Shown in pieces: positions 37,782 through 47,996 of a stretch of DNA of 64,000 bases; positions within the stretch are counted from its first letter, which is position 1; each line of letters starts with the position of its first letter. The notes under the pieces are model-generated. The model did no database searches, had not been told where the DNA came from, and saw nothing but the letters and a program-made list of their open reading frames with translations. This stretch comes from an uncultured Gemmatimonadota bacterium. GTDB taxonomy: Bacteria; JAAXHH01. A program made the position numbers and the translations under genes. The stretch lies in contig OX638340.1 of NCBI GenBank assembly GCA_951812955.1, positions 3,749,437-3,813,436 on the forward strand, read 5' to 3'.

Positions 37782-38543
37782 TCAAAGCTTCATGGCGGTC
37801 ATGTTGCGGTAGCTGACAGCGATACTGTCGAAGGGGTCGCCGGCGCAGGTGTCCTGTTCGACGACGTACCACTGGGACCCCGCGGTCTCGCATGCAGCGA
37901 CGATGCCGGACCAGTTCATGTTGCCCTCGCCGATCTCGGCCATCACCTGTTCCCGTCCCGACACGCCCAGGTCCTTGAAATGGATGACCGGGCACCGGTC
38001 CCGTACCCGGCCGATCCAGTGTATGGGGTCCCCACCGCCGTACTGGATCCAGTAGGTGTCGATTTCAAAGCACAGGGCGGGGTCGCTCTCCTCCACGAGG
38101 ATGGCCAGCCCGGTCCGACCGCCCACCCGCACGAGTTCCGTGTGGTGGTTGTGGTAGCTGAAGGACATGCCCGCTTCCTGCAACCCGATGGCCACGGCAG
38201 ACGCGTCCACCGCGAACCGCGAAAAACCGTCCGGATCGTCCCAGTAGGATCTCGGCATGGACCCGACGGCTATATGCTCACATCCCCAGAGGCGGTGTTC
38301 GGCGGCGACTTCATCCGGTTTCTCCTGCAGCCGTTCGAAGGGTACGTGCGTGGCGCAGACGTGCAGGCCGGCGTCCCGGATCATGGCGCCGAGTTCCGCG
38401 GGGTCGACAGGACCCAGGGCCGATAGCTGTATGTGGTCGTAGCCGATGGACTTGACTCTCTTCAGGGTGTCCGCGATATCGGCCGGCGTCTGCACGAAGT
38501 CGCGTAAAGTATAGAGTGTAACGGCGATCTTGCTGTCTGGCAT
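37782..38543 (-). CDS. Sugar phosphate isomerase/epimerase (xylose isomerase-like TIM barrel)
   Basis: AP-endonuclease-2/xylose-isomerase-like TIM layout with conserved E/D/H metal ligands (HNHHTE, EIDTYW). Start 38543 (SD AAGGAGA) or 38558. Confidence 0.65.
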   Translation of the reverse strand: MPDSKIAVTLYTLRDFVQTPADIADTLKRVKSIGYDHIQLSALGPVDPAELGAMIRDAGLHVCATHVPFERLQEKPDEVAAEHRLWGCEHIAVGSMPRSYWDDPDGFSRFAVDASAVAIGLQEAGMSFSYHNHHTELVRVGGRTGLAILVEESDPALCFEIDTYWIQYGGGDPIHWIGRVRDRCPVIHFKDLGVSGREQVMAEIGEGNMNWSGIVAACETAGSQWYVVEQDTCAGDPFDSIAVSYRNMTAMKL

Positions 38544-38554
38544 CCATCTCTCCT

Positions 38555-39997
38555 TCATTTTTCCATAGGTTCAAAAGCAGGCGAATCATCCTCCCACGCG
38601 CCGCCGACCGGACGAAGTTGCCCGAGTCCTGTAACGGGCCGTAGCCGCCCGTCACGATCCGGATCGGCGTATCGTTCGAACCAGCCTTCCAGTTCCCCGC
38701 GGAGCGATCTGCATCGGCCGGCATATCCGGCATCTTCCGCGAGGTTGGCCCGTTCGTCCGGGTCATTCTCCAGGTCGTACAGTTCGTTCGGTCCCTCGGT
38801 ATACCGGTGCACGTACTTCCACGATTCGGTCCGGATCATGCGCGTGCCGCCGTATTCGTCGAAAATCACCACGTGGTCCCGGCTCGCATCGTCCCGGCCC
38901 GTCCAGGCGTCCAGGGTGTTCCGCCCCGGCAGGTTGCGGTCCCAGGGTACGGGCAGGTCCAGGTACGACAGCAACGTGGGCATGAAGTCGTAAGCGCTGA
39001 GCATGGCCTCTTGCACGAATCCTTCGGGCAGGCGTCCTGGCTGGCTGACCAGGGCGGGTACCCGGATGGAGTTCTCGTACATGTTTAACGGGCTCGTCCC
39101 GTTTCCTTTCCCCCAGAATCCGTGGTGTCCCAGGCTGAAACCGTTGTCGCTCAAGAAGATAACCAGGGTGTTTTCGCGGATGCCGTGCCGGTCGAGCCGG
39201 TCAAGCAGGCGGCCTACGTCGAGGTCCATGGCCGTGACGGCCGCGAAGTAGCCCTTCAGGCTTTCGCGGTCGCCCATGCATTCGCGGGTCAGGCCGCCGG
39301 CCCAGGGATGGATGGGTTCCTGCGGACAGGATGCGAAGGCGCAGTCGTCGTAGGAATCGACGATGTCCTGCGGATGGCCCGTCCACGGGCTGTGCGGCGC
39401 GGTATAATGGACGCCGAGGTAGAACGGTTCTTCCTGGTTGGCGTGGCGGTCGATAAAGGCGAGGGCGTCGTCGGTAATGACATTCGTGACGTATCCCGGT
39501 TCGTTGACCGGGACGCCGTCGCGCACCATGGGGGCGTTGTTGTAGGGCCCGCCGCCGAACTGGTGGGCGAACCAGTGGGAAAACCCGTGCTGGGTCAGGG
39601 TGCTGTTGCCCAGGTGCCACTTGCCGCTGAGGCCGCATCGCCACCCATGGTCCGCGAGCACATCGGTGTACGCCGTTTCGCCCTCGAGGTATGAAGCCGC
39701 GTCCTCCCCGACGTTGCCACCCCGGATCCAGTCGTGCACGCCGTGCTGGGAGGCGATCCGGCCGGTCAGCAGCGTCGCGCGGCTGGGCGAGCAGACTGGC
39801 GTGGCCACGAAGAACCGGTCGAAGCGCACCCCGGTCTGCGCGATTCGGTCGATGTTCGGCGTGCGTATTTCGGAATTGCCGTAGCAGCCCGCCGCCCAGA
39901 CGCCCTGGTCGTCGGTAAGGATGCAGAGCACGTTCGGTCGGGACGAAACCATGGCATGTCCTGGGATCGAGTGGTTATCCTGTGCGTGATTCATCAA
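38555..39997 (-). CDS. Formylglycine-dependent arylsulfatase
   Basis: PNVLCILTDDQG, CxPxR motif PVCSPSRATLLTGR, about 465-480 aa. True start probably an internal Met (about 39994 or about 39952). Confidence 0.85.
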   Translation of the reverse strand: MMNHAQDNHSIPGHAMVSSRPNVLCILTDDQGVWAAGCYGNSEIRTPNIDRIAQTGVRFDRFFVATPVCSPSRATLLTGRIASQHGVHDWIRGGNVGEDAASYLEGETAYTDVLADHGWRCGLSGKWHLGNSTLTQHGFSHWFAHQFGGGPYNNAPMVRDGVPVNEPGYVTNVITDDALAFIDRHANQEEPFYLGVHYTAPHSPWTGHPQDIVDSYDDCAFASCPQEPIHPWAGGLTRECMGDRESLKGYFAAVTAMDLDVGRLLDRLDRHGIRENTLVIFLSDNGFSLGHHGFWGKGNGTSPLNMYENSIRVPALVSQPGRLPEGFVQEAMLSAYDFMPTLLSYLDLPVPWDRNLPGRNTLDAWTGRDDASRDHVVIFDEYGGTRMIRTESWKYVHRYTEGPNELYDLENDPDERANLAEDAGYAGRCRSLRGELEGWFERYADPDRDGRLRPVTGLGQLRPVGGAWEDDSPAFEPMEK

Positions 39998-40243
39998 GCA
40001 TGGGAAAGCGTAGAACGAATTGCCAAATTAGCGTCCCACAAGCGGATTGTCACGCAGATTCTACCCGCCCTCCCGGTCCAATTGGCGTTGCCATGCGTCC
40101 GCCCCATCCCGTATATTGTCACCCGCGACACCGGTGGAATGGCTAGTGTGCCCGCCCGGTGCATCGGGACGAGTGAATCCGACCCGTTAAGAACAGATTG
40201 GTGTACGGACCCATGTCGACGGGCACTGGAGGGGACTGGCGTT

Positions 40244-41275
40244 ATGATACAAGCAGGTATCGTGGGCTACGGCCTGGCGGGTCGTTTATTCCATGCCTAC
40301 CTGGTCTCGCGGACCGATGGGTTGAAACTGAAGGCCGTCGCCAGCCGGGATCCGGAACGGAGGGCACAGGCGGTACGGGACTGGTCCGTGGATACCTATG
40401 AGACCTTGACCGGTCTCCTGTCGGACGACGATATCCAGCTCGTCATCCTGGCCACGCCCCACCATACCCACGCATCTCTGGCCATCGAGGCCATGGAGGC
40501 GGGAAGACACGTGGTCGTCGACAAGGTCATGTGCATGTCGGCCGCCGAAGCCGAGGAAATGATCGCGGTCAGCAAGCGTCGCGGGGTCACGTTGAGCGTC
40601 TTCCACAACCGCCGCTGGGACTGGGGTTATCTTACCGTGCGCAAGGCGGTGGAAGACGGCCTGCTGGGCGATCCCTTCCTGATCGAACGGTCTGTGCACC
40701 GGTTCCGGGCTTCCCGGGGCTGGCGGACAAACCGGTCGGAGAGCGGCGGCCTGCTCTACGATTGGGGCGCCCACCTCATCGACCAGGGGTTGCAGTTGCT
40801 GGGCGCCCTTCCCGACGCGATCCATTGCAAGGGGCACAAGTACCGGTGGGAAGGTGACATCGAGGATCACGTCACCTGTACCCTGTATTTCGAGAACGGC
40901 GCCGAATATCGCATTGAAATCAGCAATTTGTCCCGTATAGCAAAACCCCACTGGTACGTTCTGGGCACCCGGGGCTCCCTTGTCAAGACAGGCCTCGACC
41001 CCCAGGAGGACTGGATGAAGAATGGCGAGATCGAGGCCGCGGAGGAGGCCCCCGAAGACCGCGTCAGGGTTGCCGCGGAACGGGACGGCGAGGCCTTGGA
41101 GATGACCCTCGATCCGGTGAAGGGCAGTTGGGTGGATTACTACCGGAACATCGCAGCCGTGCTGGACAGTAGCGCGGAACTCGCCGTAAAGCCCGGCGAG
41201 ATGCTGGACCTGATGAGGGTGCTGGACGCCGCCACGGAATCCCTGGAATCCGGGCGGGTGGTATCGATGAAATGA
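40244..41275 (+). CDS. Gfo/Idh/MocA family oxidoreductase
   Basis: From MIQAGIVGYGLAG (Rossmann), VVVDKV... Track ORF begins 39734 with an implausible leader, trimmed. Confidence 0.75.
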   Translation: MIQAGIVGYGLAGRLFHAYLVSRTDGLKLKAVASRDPERRAQAVRDWSVDTYETLTGLLSDDDIQLVILATPHHTHASLAIEAMEAGRHVVVDKVMCMSAAEAEEMIAVSKRRGVTLSVFHNRRWDWGYLTVRKAVEDGLLGDPFLIERSVHRFRASRGWRTNRSESGGLLYDWGAHLIDQGLQLLGALPDAIHCKGHKYRWEGDIEDHVTCTLYFENGAEYRIEISNLSRIAKPHWYVLGTRGSLVKTGLDPQEDWMKNGEIEAAEEAPEDRVRVAAERDGEALEMTLDPVKGSWVDYYRNIAAVLDSSAELAVKPGEMLDLMRVLDAATESLESGRVVSMK

Positions 41276-42342
41276 GGATCGAACGGAACATGGAACCCAG
41301 GCGAATGGTCATTCTCACGGAGGGGAGTCTGGGCACGTTCTCGTCCAAGACGGCCGCTTCGCTCATCCGCTACAAGCCCGATGAAACCGTGGCGGTGCTC
41401 GACAGCGTGCACGCAGGCAGGAATTTGGAAGACCTGCTCGAGGTCGGGCGGGGCATCCCGGTCGTGTCGACGTTGAAAGAAGCGCTGGCGTTCAGACCGA
41501 CCTCGCTGGTTATCGGGATCGCTACGCCGGGCGGCATCTTGCCCGCAGCATGGCGAGCGGTCATCCACGAGGCGATCGAGCACGGGCTCGAGGTGGTAAA
41601 CGGGCTTCATACCTTTTTCGGCGAGGACGAAGAATTCGCCCGTCACGCCGAGAGGAAGGGCGTTCGGCTGTGGGACGTGCGAAAGCCGCCGGACGACCTG
41701 GATGTAGGGCGTCACGCGGTTCACGGCCTCCCGAATCTTCGTGTGCTGACCGTAGGCGCCGATTCGAGCATCGGCAAGAAGATCGCCGCGATCGAAATCA
41801 GCCGTGCGGCCCGCGAGACAGGATGGGATGCCGAGTTCGTAGCTACAGGGCAGACCGGTATTATGATCGCTGGATCGGGCATCGCGGTGGACACCGTGGC
41901 GGCGGACTACATATCGGGTGCCGTGGAACGGCTTGTGCTAGAAAGAAAGGACCGGGAACTGCTGGTCATCGAAGGCCAGGGCACGGTCCTGCATCCGTCC
42001 TATTCCGGTGTATCGCTCGGCCTGTTGCACGGCGCGGCGCCGCAGGCCCTGGTGCTTTGCCACCAGCCCGGCCGTGACGTGATGCGCAATCTGCCCGTAG
42101 CCGTGCCGTCCTACGAAGAGATGATTCACGTTCACGAGACGATCGCCCGGCCGCTGTTTCCCTGCCGGGTCGCGGCGGTTTCGCTCAATTGCTTCGGCAT
42201 GTCCATGGACGATGCCAGGCGCGAAGTGGACCGGGTCGCGCAGGAGACCGGACTTCCGGCGACGGACTGCGTGAAATTCGGATGCGATCCGATTCTGGAG
42301 GCCCTTGAGCCCCTGAAGGTTCCGTCGACGAAACCTACCTGA
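41272..42342 (+). CDS. DUF1611 family protein (DgcN-like putative N-acetyltransferase)
   Basis: 356 aa; IAVLDS...GIATPGGILP... pattern recalled for DUF1611/DgcN. Start overlaps the upstream stop. Confidence 0.5.
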   Translation: MRIERNMEPRRMVILTEGSLGTFSSKTAASLIRYKPDETVAVLDSVHAGRNLEDLLEVGRGIPVVSTLKEALAFRPTSLVIGIATPGGILPAAWRAVIHEAIEHGLEVVNGLHTFFGEDEEFARHAERKGVRLWDVRKPPDDLDVGRHAVHGLPNLRVLTVGADSSIGKKIAAIEISRAARETGWDAEFVATGQTGIMIAGSGIAVDTVAADYISGAVERLVLERKDRELLVIEGQGTVLHPSYSGVSLGLLHGAAPQALVLCHQPGRDVMRNLPVAVPSYEEMIHVHETIARPLFPCRVAAVSLNCFGMSMDDARREVDRVAQETGLPATDCVKFGCDPILEALEPLKVPSTKPT

Positions 42343-42361
42343 TGAAGCCGGAGTGCGTAAG

Positions 42362-43699
42362 ATGAACATCCGAATACTTACTGCCGAAGAGGCCGTGACG
42401 GGCATCCTGAAGCGGCGGCCGTTGAACGAGGCCATGTCGGCTGCCGGGATCGAAGAACGGAACAGGGAACTGTTCGGCAAGGCCCTGACGGCGGAACAGG
42501 CCGTAGCGACCATAATCGACGATATTCGAAAGAGCGGGGACGATTCGGTAAGGCACTACGCCCGGTTGCTGGATGGGCAGGCACCATCTGCCCTCGAAGT
42601 CCCGCGGAGCGAGATCGACGAGGCGGCGGCATCGCTGCCTTCCAGTTTGCGTGATGCGCTGGAAACGGCGGCCGAACGCATCCGGTCGTTTCACGAAAAG
42701 CAAACGTTCGAGTCCTGGACGCACTGGGACGAAGAGGGCGGTACCGGACAGATCGTGCGGCCGCTGGACCGGGTCGGCGTCTACGTACCCGGCGGCGGGG
42801 CCGCCTATCCATCCTCACTGCTGATGGCCGTGATCCCCGCCCGAGCGGCCGGAGTCCGGGAGGTCGTCGTGGCCACGCCCCCAGGAAGGGACGGAGCTGT
42901 ACCGTCCGCGGTTCTGGCCGCTGCTTCCGTGGCGGGTGCCGACGCGGTATACCGTATCGGAGGTCCACAGGCGATCGCGGCGATGGCCCATGGTACCGAG
43001 TCCATTTCACGCGTCGACAAGATCGTGGGTCCGGGTAATGTATTCGTGACCCTGGCCAAGCGCCAGGTGTACGGGATCGTGGACATCGACCAGCTGGCCG
43101 GTCCCACTGAAACCCTGCTGATCGCCGACGATACGGCCAGTGCGGAATTAGCGGCGGCAGACCTGCTGGCGCAGGCCGAACACGATACCATGGCGAGCGC
43201 CATACTGATCACGCCGTCGTCCGGGCTGGCCCTGGCGGTGCAAAACGCCCTGGATGAACAGTTGGCCGAACTGGACCGGGCGGAAATAATCCGGTCCTCC
43301 CTGCAACATAACGGAGGGATCGTGCTGGTCTCGAGCCTCGAAGAAGCGGTTGAACTGGCAAACGCCTACGCACCGGAGCACCTGTGCCTGCTCGTCGCGG
43401 ATCCATGGACCCTTGTGGACAGCATCCGGCACGCCGGGGGAATCTTCGTGGGAGAACACTCTTCAGAGGCCCTGGGGGACTACGTCACCGGACCGAGCCA
43501 TATCATGCCCACCGGGGGCAGCGCCCGTTTCCATTCTCCCTTGAGTGTGCGCGATTTCCTGAAGATCACCAGCCTGTTCGCGGTCAATGAACTGGCTGAG
43601 AAAAGGTTGGGACCTACCGCAATCAGGCTGGCGGAAGCAGAAGGCCTTTCGGCCCACGCCATGGCCATACGAAGAAGACGCTCAAGCGACCGAGACTGA
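42362..43699 (+). CDS. hisD: Histidinol dehydrogenase
   Basis: GGGAAYPSSLLM, QAEHD, zinc/NAD-binding regions; about 445 aa. Confidence 0.85.
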   Translation: MNIRILTAEEAVTGILKRRPLNEAMSAAGIEERNRELFGKALTAEQAVATIIDDIRKSGDDSVRHYARLLDGQAPSALEVPRSEIDEAAASLPSSLRDALETAAERIRSFHEKQTFESWTHWDEEGGTGQIVRPLDRVGVYVPGGGAAYPSSLLMAVIPARAAGVREVVVATPPGRDGAVPSAVLAAASVAGADAVYRIGGPQAIAAMAHGTESISRVDKIVGPGNVFVTLAKRQVYGIVDIDQLAGPTETLLIADDTASAELAAADLLAQAEHDTMASAILITPSSGLALAVQNALDEQLAELDRAEIIRSSLQHNGGIVLVSSLEEAVELANAYAPEHLCLLVADPWTLVDSIRHAGGIFVGEHSSEALGDYVTGPSHIMPTGGSARFHSPLSVRDFLKITSLFAVNELAEKRLGPTAIRLAEAEGLSAHAMAIRRRRSSDRD

Positions 43700-43870
43700 C
43701 GCTTTCCGTACCGGCCGGGATGGCCTCACACCGCCCGGCCGGGATGGCCTCACACCGCCCGGTTCGCCCACCGCCCGGCTCGCCCTGCCCACCAGCCCGG
43801 TTCGCCCACCGCCCGGCTCGCCCTACCCACCAGCCCGGTTCGCCCACCGCCCGGCTCGCCCTGCCCGCTA
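43700..43870. repeat. Tandem repeat block (ccggccgggatggcctcacaccgc x2 then cccggttcgcccaccgcccggctcgccctRcccac x2.5) in the convergent intergenic region
   Basis: Read directly between the hisD stop and the aldolase stop. Confidence 0.7.
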
Positions 43871-44623
43871 CCTTCCGACTTCGGCGAGGGCCGCCTGGGC
43901 CGCCTGAGCCAGGAAACCCATGTCGCTCCCTAGGGTGATCCACTGGAATCCCTCCGCGATGCGCTTCCTGTTGATGTCCATCGTGGTGGAAGCGTAACCG
44001 CCGGGCACGCCGAGTTCCTTCGCCCGGTTTATGATCCCCTCGACCACCTTTTCCACTTCGGGATGGACCGGCTCACCCACGTAGCCGTGTGACGCCGCGA
44101 GATCGTTCGGTCCGACCAGGAACGCGTCGACGCCAGGGGTGGTAAGTATCTCATCCAGGTTCTCGACGGCCTCGACGGTTTCGATCTGGACCATGATAAA
44201 CGTTTCCTCGTTGGCGGTACGGAGGTATTCTGCCAGGTCCTGACCCGAGATGTTGAGGAAACGGGCGCCCATGCCGCGAATGCCCATGGGCGGATACTTG
44301 GCCGCGCGGACCGCATATTCCGCCTGCTCCCGGTTGTTGACCCAGGGGATGATCAGGCCCTCCGCACCGATGTCCAGCGCCTTCTTGATGTGCACCATGT
44401 CGTTCCAGGGCACGCGGACGAGGGGCGTGACGTCCCGGCCCCGGGTCGTCTGGATCATGGGATGGAGCATTTCCGTGTTCGTGGGACCGTGTTCGGCGTC
44501 GAACCAGATCCAGTCGAAGGGAAGGTTCGCAACCAGTTCCACGATGTCGGTACAGGGTGTTCCGACGGATACGCCATAGGTCACTTCGTCATTGCGCAGC
44601 TTTTCCTTAAGCCGGTTCTTCAT
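43868..44623 (-). CDS. HpcH/HpaI family 2-keto-3-deoxy-sugar-acid aldolase
   Basis: From MKNRLKEKLRNDEVTYG; class II aldolase motifs (WIWFDAEHG, IPWVN). Track N-terminal extension trimmed. Confidence 0.7.
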   Translation of the reverse strand: MKNRLKEKLRNDEVTYGVSVGTPCTDIVELVANLPFDWIWFDAEHGPTNTEMLHPMIQTTRGRDVTPLVRVPWNDMVHIKKALDIGAEGLIIPWVNNREQAEYAVRAAKYPPMGIRGMGARFLNISGQDLAEYLRTANEETFIMVQIETVEAVENLDEILTTPGVDAFLVGPNDLAASHGYVGEPVHPEVEKVVEGIINRAKELGVPGGYASTTMDINRKRIAEGFQWITLGSDMGFLAQAAQAALAEVGR

Positions 44624-44813
44624 GCGGTCTCCTGGATAGGGGGGGTCGGTCGCGGCAGACAGCGGATACTGCAGCGGATTTCGCGATTGATTCACATACA
44701 GGCCGTAAGTATATTGCAAGCCGATTTGGATGGAAACCTCAAAATGGAAAGGGACGTCTATCACCGGCGGTTTCAGCACGGCTTGTTACCGTCTGTCAGA
44801 GGAGTGCCGGTTC

Positions 44814-45668
44814 ATGATAAAAAACACGCTCATTCCTTCGCTGAAGGCCATCATCCTGGCGGTGTCAGCGATCACCTTCGCCGCCACCGCGCTGTCAGTC
44901 CATGCGCAGCAGATACCCTACGCACCGACGTCCGAAGGCCAGATTCCGGAAGCGATACTCGGCAAGGCCGGCGCGCCCCGCGGCAGCGGCCTGGCCTATT
45001 TCGATGAAGATCCGGCTACAATGGGTTACCTCGCCGAACCGGATGGACCGGGTCCACGGGGTGCCGTCATTTTGATCCATGAGTGGAACGGGTTGGTGGA
45101 CCGCGTGAGACAGGTGGCCGATGCCCTGGCGGCGGAGGGCTACGTCGCCCTGGCGGCGGATCTGTATTCCGGGCGCACGGGGAGCAACCGCGACGAGAAC
45201 ATGGCGCTCGTTCGCGAAACGCTGGGAGAGATGGACAAGATCATCCGTAACCTGGACGCGGCGGCGGCCTATCTGAGAGGAAGGACGGATGTAAACGGCA
45301 AAATCGCAGCCATGGGCTGGTGCTACGGCGGAGGGGTCGCCCTGAGCTATGCCCTGGGCGGCGAGAACCACGATGCCACCGCCATCTTCTACGGACGACT
45401 GCTCGACGATCCCGAAAGACTCAGTGCCATACATCATGAAGTCTATGGCACCTTCGCCGGACTCGACCGTGGTCCTTCGCCCGAACAGGTTGGACGGTTC
45501 GTCGCCGCGCTTCGCGAAGCCGGCGTGGAGAACGACGTGCACATCTACGACGACGTCAACCACGGGTTCTGGCTGTACGTGGACCGCGACCCGAATAACG
45601 AGGAACCTGCGCTGGACGCATGGGAGCGGCTGAAGGACTATCTCAAAAGGACCATAGGAAGCGACTGA
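44814..45668 (+). CDS. Secreted dienelactone hydrolase family protein
   Basis: Signal peptide (MIKNTLIPSLKAIILAVSAITFAATALSVHA) and DLH fold (GWCYGGG nucleophile elbow). Confidence 0.65.
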   Translation: MIKNTLIPSLKAIILAVSAITFAATALSVHAQQIPYAPTSEGQIPEAILGKAGAPRGSGLAYFDEDPATMGYLAEPDGPGPRGAVILIHEWNGLVDRVRQVADALAAEGYVALAADLYSGRTGSNRDENMALVRETLGEMDKIIRNLDAAAAYLRGRTDVNGKIAAMGWCYGGGVALSYALGGENHDATAIFYGRLLDDPERLSAIHHEVYGTFAGLDRGPSPEQVGRFVAALREAGVENDVHIYDDVNHGFWLYVDRDPNNEEPALDAWERLKDYLKRTIGSD

Positions 45669-46414
45669 TGGATGCTTTCGACCAGGCCTTAGCCGAAATC
45701 GAGACCTTCGGGTTTACGCTGTTGCCCGACGTATTGACGGCGAATCAGGCAGGAGCATTGCGCGAAGCCTTGATCCGCGTAGCGGAAGAAAATGGCGAGG
45801 CAGGTTACGAGAACCGGGGGGGCACGTCGCTGCTGGTTCGGAACCTGCCCACCCTGGATCCCGTGTTCCTTCAGATCGTCGACCACCCGGTCGTTCTGCC
45901 CATCCTGGAGCGGATGCTCGACAAGACCCTGGTGCTGGGCAGCCTGAGTTCCCGGATCGTCCGGCCCGGAGACGGTTACCAGGACCTCCACAGCGACATT
46001 CCTCGGCACATGTTGAACCCCATCTCCCCGGTTATGATGAACACCGTCTGGATGCTGGATGATTTCAACGCGGAGATCGGTGGCACGCGCATCGTTCCGG
46101 GTTCGCACAAGAGCGGATGGGCGGGACCGCCTGATGGCATGGAGGTGCCGCACGTGTACCAGCCCGAGGCCTCCGCAGGCAGCGTGCTGATTTTCAACGG
46201 CCAATGCTGGCACGGCGGCGGCGCCAATACTTCAGACCGAAGCCGCCACGCTCTTTTCGGGCACTACCGCAAGTCCATGCTCCTCTTTCAGCTCGATCCG
46301 CACGACGGTTTTCGGGACGAGTGGTTCGAAGGACTGTCTTCCCGCCAGAAACAGCTCATGCGCATGCAGAAGGGGGTCGGCGCACGTCACGCGGCGGATG
46401 ATCACCTGCTGTAG
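45668..46414 (+). CDS. PhyH-family Fe(II)/2-oxoglutarate dioxygenase
   Basis: HxD (DLHSDIP) and distal His (CWHGGG). ATG overlaps the upstream TGA. Confidence 0.7.
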   Translation: MDAFDQALAEIETFGFTLLPDVLTANQAGALREALIRVAEENGEAGYENRGGTSLLVRNLPTLDPVFLQIVDHPVVLPILERMLDKTLVLGSLSSRIVRPGDGYQDLHSDIPRHMLNPISPVMMNTVWMLDDFNAEIGGTRIVPGSHKSGWAGPPDGMEVPHVYQPEASAGSVLIFNGQCWHGGGANTSDRSRHALFGHYRKSMLLFQLDPHDGFRDEWFEGLSSRQKQLMRMQKGVGARHAADDHLL

Positions 46415-46503
46415 CCGGTCAGTGATCCACCTGGTTTGGCCCCAGGCTTCCCTATCGCAATAAATCGATAAGGCTGTAGATACCTCGTATATACGGAGTA
46501 GTC

Positions 46504-46926
46504 ATGGCGAATTCATCACAATCAGATCAACTGGAAGAGGGAACGCAAGAGGTCCTGGATTTCTCGAAACTCCGGCAGATAGCCGGCATCGAAGAAGAGG
46601 TCCTGCCGGTCGTCGTCCAGGATTCGGCAACGAAGGAAGTACTGATCGTGGCCTATGTCAATCGCCTGGCCCTGGACGAATCCCTGAAGACCGGTATCGC
46701 CACGTTCTGGAGCACTTCGCGGAACGAACTGTGGATCAAGGGCGCCACGTCGGGAAACGCCCTGCGCATCGATGAAATCCGCATCAACTGCGAGCAGAAC
46801 TCCGTGTTATTCCTTGTAACGCCCCAGGGTTCCGGGGCATGTCACACGAAGGACAGTGACGGCCGTTACCGCACCGGCTGCTATTACCGCCGTATGAGGT
46901 CATCCGGAGAACTTGAGTTCGTCTGA
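46504..46926 (+). CDS. hisI: Phosphoribosyl-AMP cyclohydrolase
   Basis: ATFWSTSRNELWIKGATSGN matches the HisI signature; 140 aa. Confidence 0.85.
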   Translation: MANSSQSDQLEEGTQEVLDFSKLRQIAGIEEEVLPVVVQDSATKEVLIVAYVNRLALDESLKTGIATFWSTSRNELWIKGATSGNALRIDEIRINCEQNSVLFLVTPQGSGACHTKDSDGRYRTGCYYRRMRSSGELEFV

Positions 46927-47081
46927 ACGATTATTCCGACTCAACGACGCAGACCTATTCTGAGATAGGTTCGCGTTACTATTTTGAACACGCCTCAAAA
47001 ATACCCTGCTATTTCGGAATATGGTCCAAAACAGTACGAAGGCGACTCCGATTTTCGAGAACCAGCAGGGCGGTTCCCCGC

Positions 47082-47822
47082 CTACCCCCCGAAAGCCTCC
47101 ATGTAAAGCCTGGTGCGCTCGTTCAGGACGCCGTAGAAGGCGCGGGTCTCCGGGTCTTCGCTGTCCCGCCAGAAGGTGGCGGGAATCCCGGAATCGTTGG
47201 CCAGGGGATCCCGGTCCCGGTGGCCGTAGTAGATCTGTGCGGTCTTCCGCACAGCCCGCGTGGGACGCGTGGTCGCCGTGTGGAGCACCGATACGTTGAA
47301 CAGAGCGCAGGTACCCGCCGGTCCGTGGAGGTCGTAGACGCCCCGCTCCAGTTGCGCGCTGTTCTCCTTCAGTACGGGCTGCTCGATCCCTTCGGGCGAA
47401 AGGGAAAAACAGTGGGTGCGCTCATCCACGTCGGTTAAATAGACGATGAGCTGGATGTAGTCCATGCGCAGGGGATGGTCGAACCAGTGGGCTTTGTCGC
47501 GGTGCCACCGCTGGTGGAGCGCGCCCTTGTATGGCCCCATGGACCGCAGCCCGATTTCCCCGAAACAGAGCGGACCGCCCATCAGTTCCTGTATGGTCCC
47601 GTAGATGGCGGGATGGCGGATCAGTCCGTCGAATACCGGCGTGGTGATGAGCGCGTCGTAGTTGGCCTCCTGGTGATGCCCGTAAGGATGCCAGAAATAA
47701 GGGAACCGGCGGCGGTCTTCATCGAATAGATCCCGATAATGGTCCACTTCCTCGTTCGAGAGGACCTTGCCCAGGTTGATGAATCCGTTCTGACGAAAGA
47801 ACGCCAGGTCAGACTGCTTCAT
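47082..47822 (-). CDS. PhyH-family Fe(II)/2-oxoglutarate dioxygenase
   Basis: WHRD (HxD) and distal His (SVLHTAT); 246 aa. Confidence 0.65.
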   Translation of the reverse strand: MKQSDLAFFRQNGFINLGKVLSNEEVDHYRDLFDEDRRRFPYFWHPYGHHQEANYDALITTPVFDGLIRHPAIYGTIQELMGGPLCFGEIGLRSMGPYKGALHQRWHRDKAHWFDHPLRMDYIQLIVYLTDVDERTHCFSLSPEGIEQPVLKENSAQLERGVYDLHGPAGTCALFNVSVLHTATTRPTRAVRKTAQIYYGHRDRDPLANDSGIPATFWRDSEDPETRAFYGVLNERTRLYMEAFGG

Positions 47823-47996
47823 GAGAACCTTTCAGGTGAGTATTTGTGCTCCGAATCCCGGTCCTTATGAATCCCCAATCTTCCGGCTCCCGATTCATCC
47901 GAATCTCGGCTCTACCAACTGTCCCTGGTTCTTTCAATTGCCCGGGCATTTCAAACCTCTTCCGGTGTTTCCAGTGGTTCAGGATATCCCCATCGC

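Noticed and set aside
39734-40243. 170-aa N-terminal extension of the Gfo/Idh/MocA track ORF
   Set aside because: The Rossmann GxGxxG must be N-terminal; the extension overlaps the sulfatase gene on the opposite strand and is Arg/Ala-rich.
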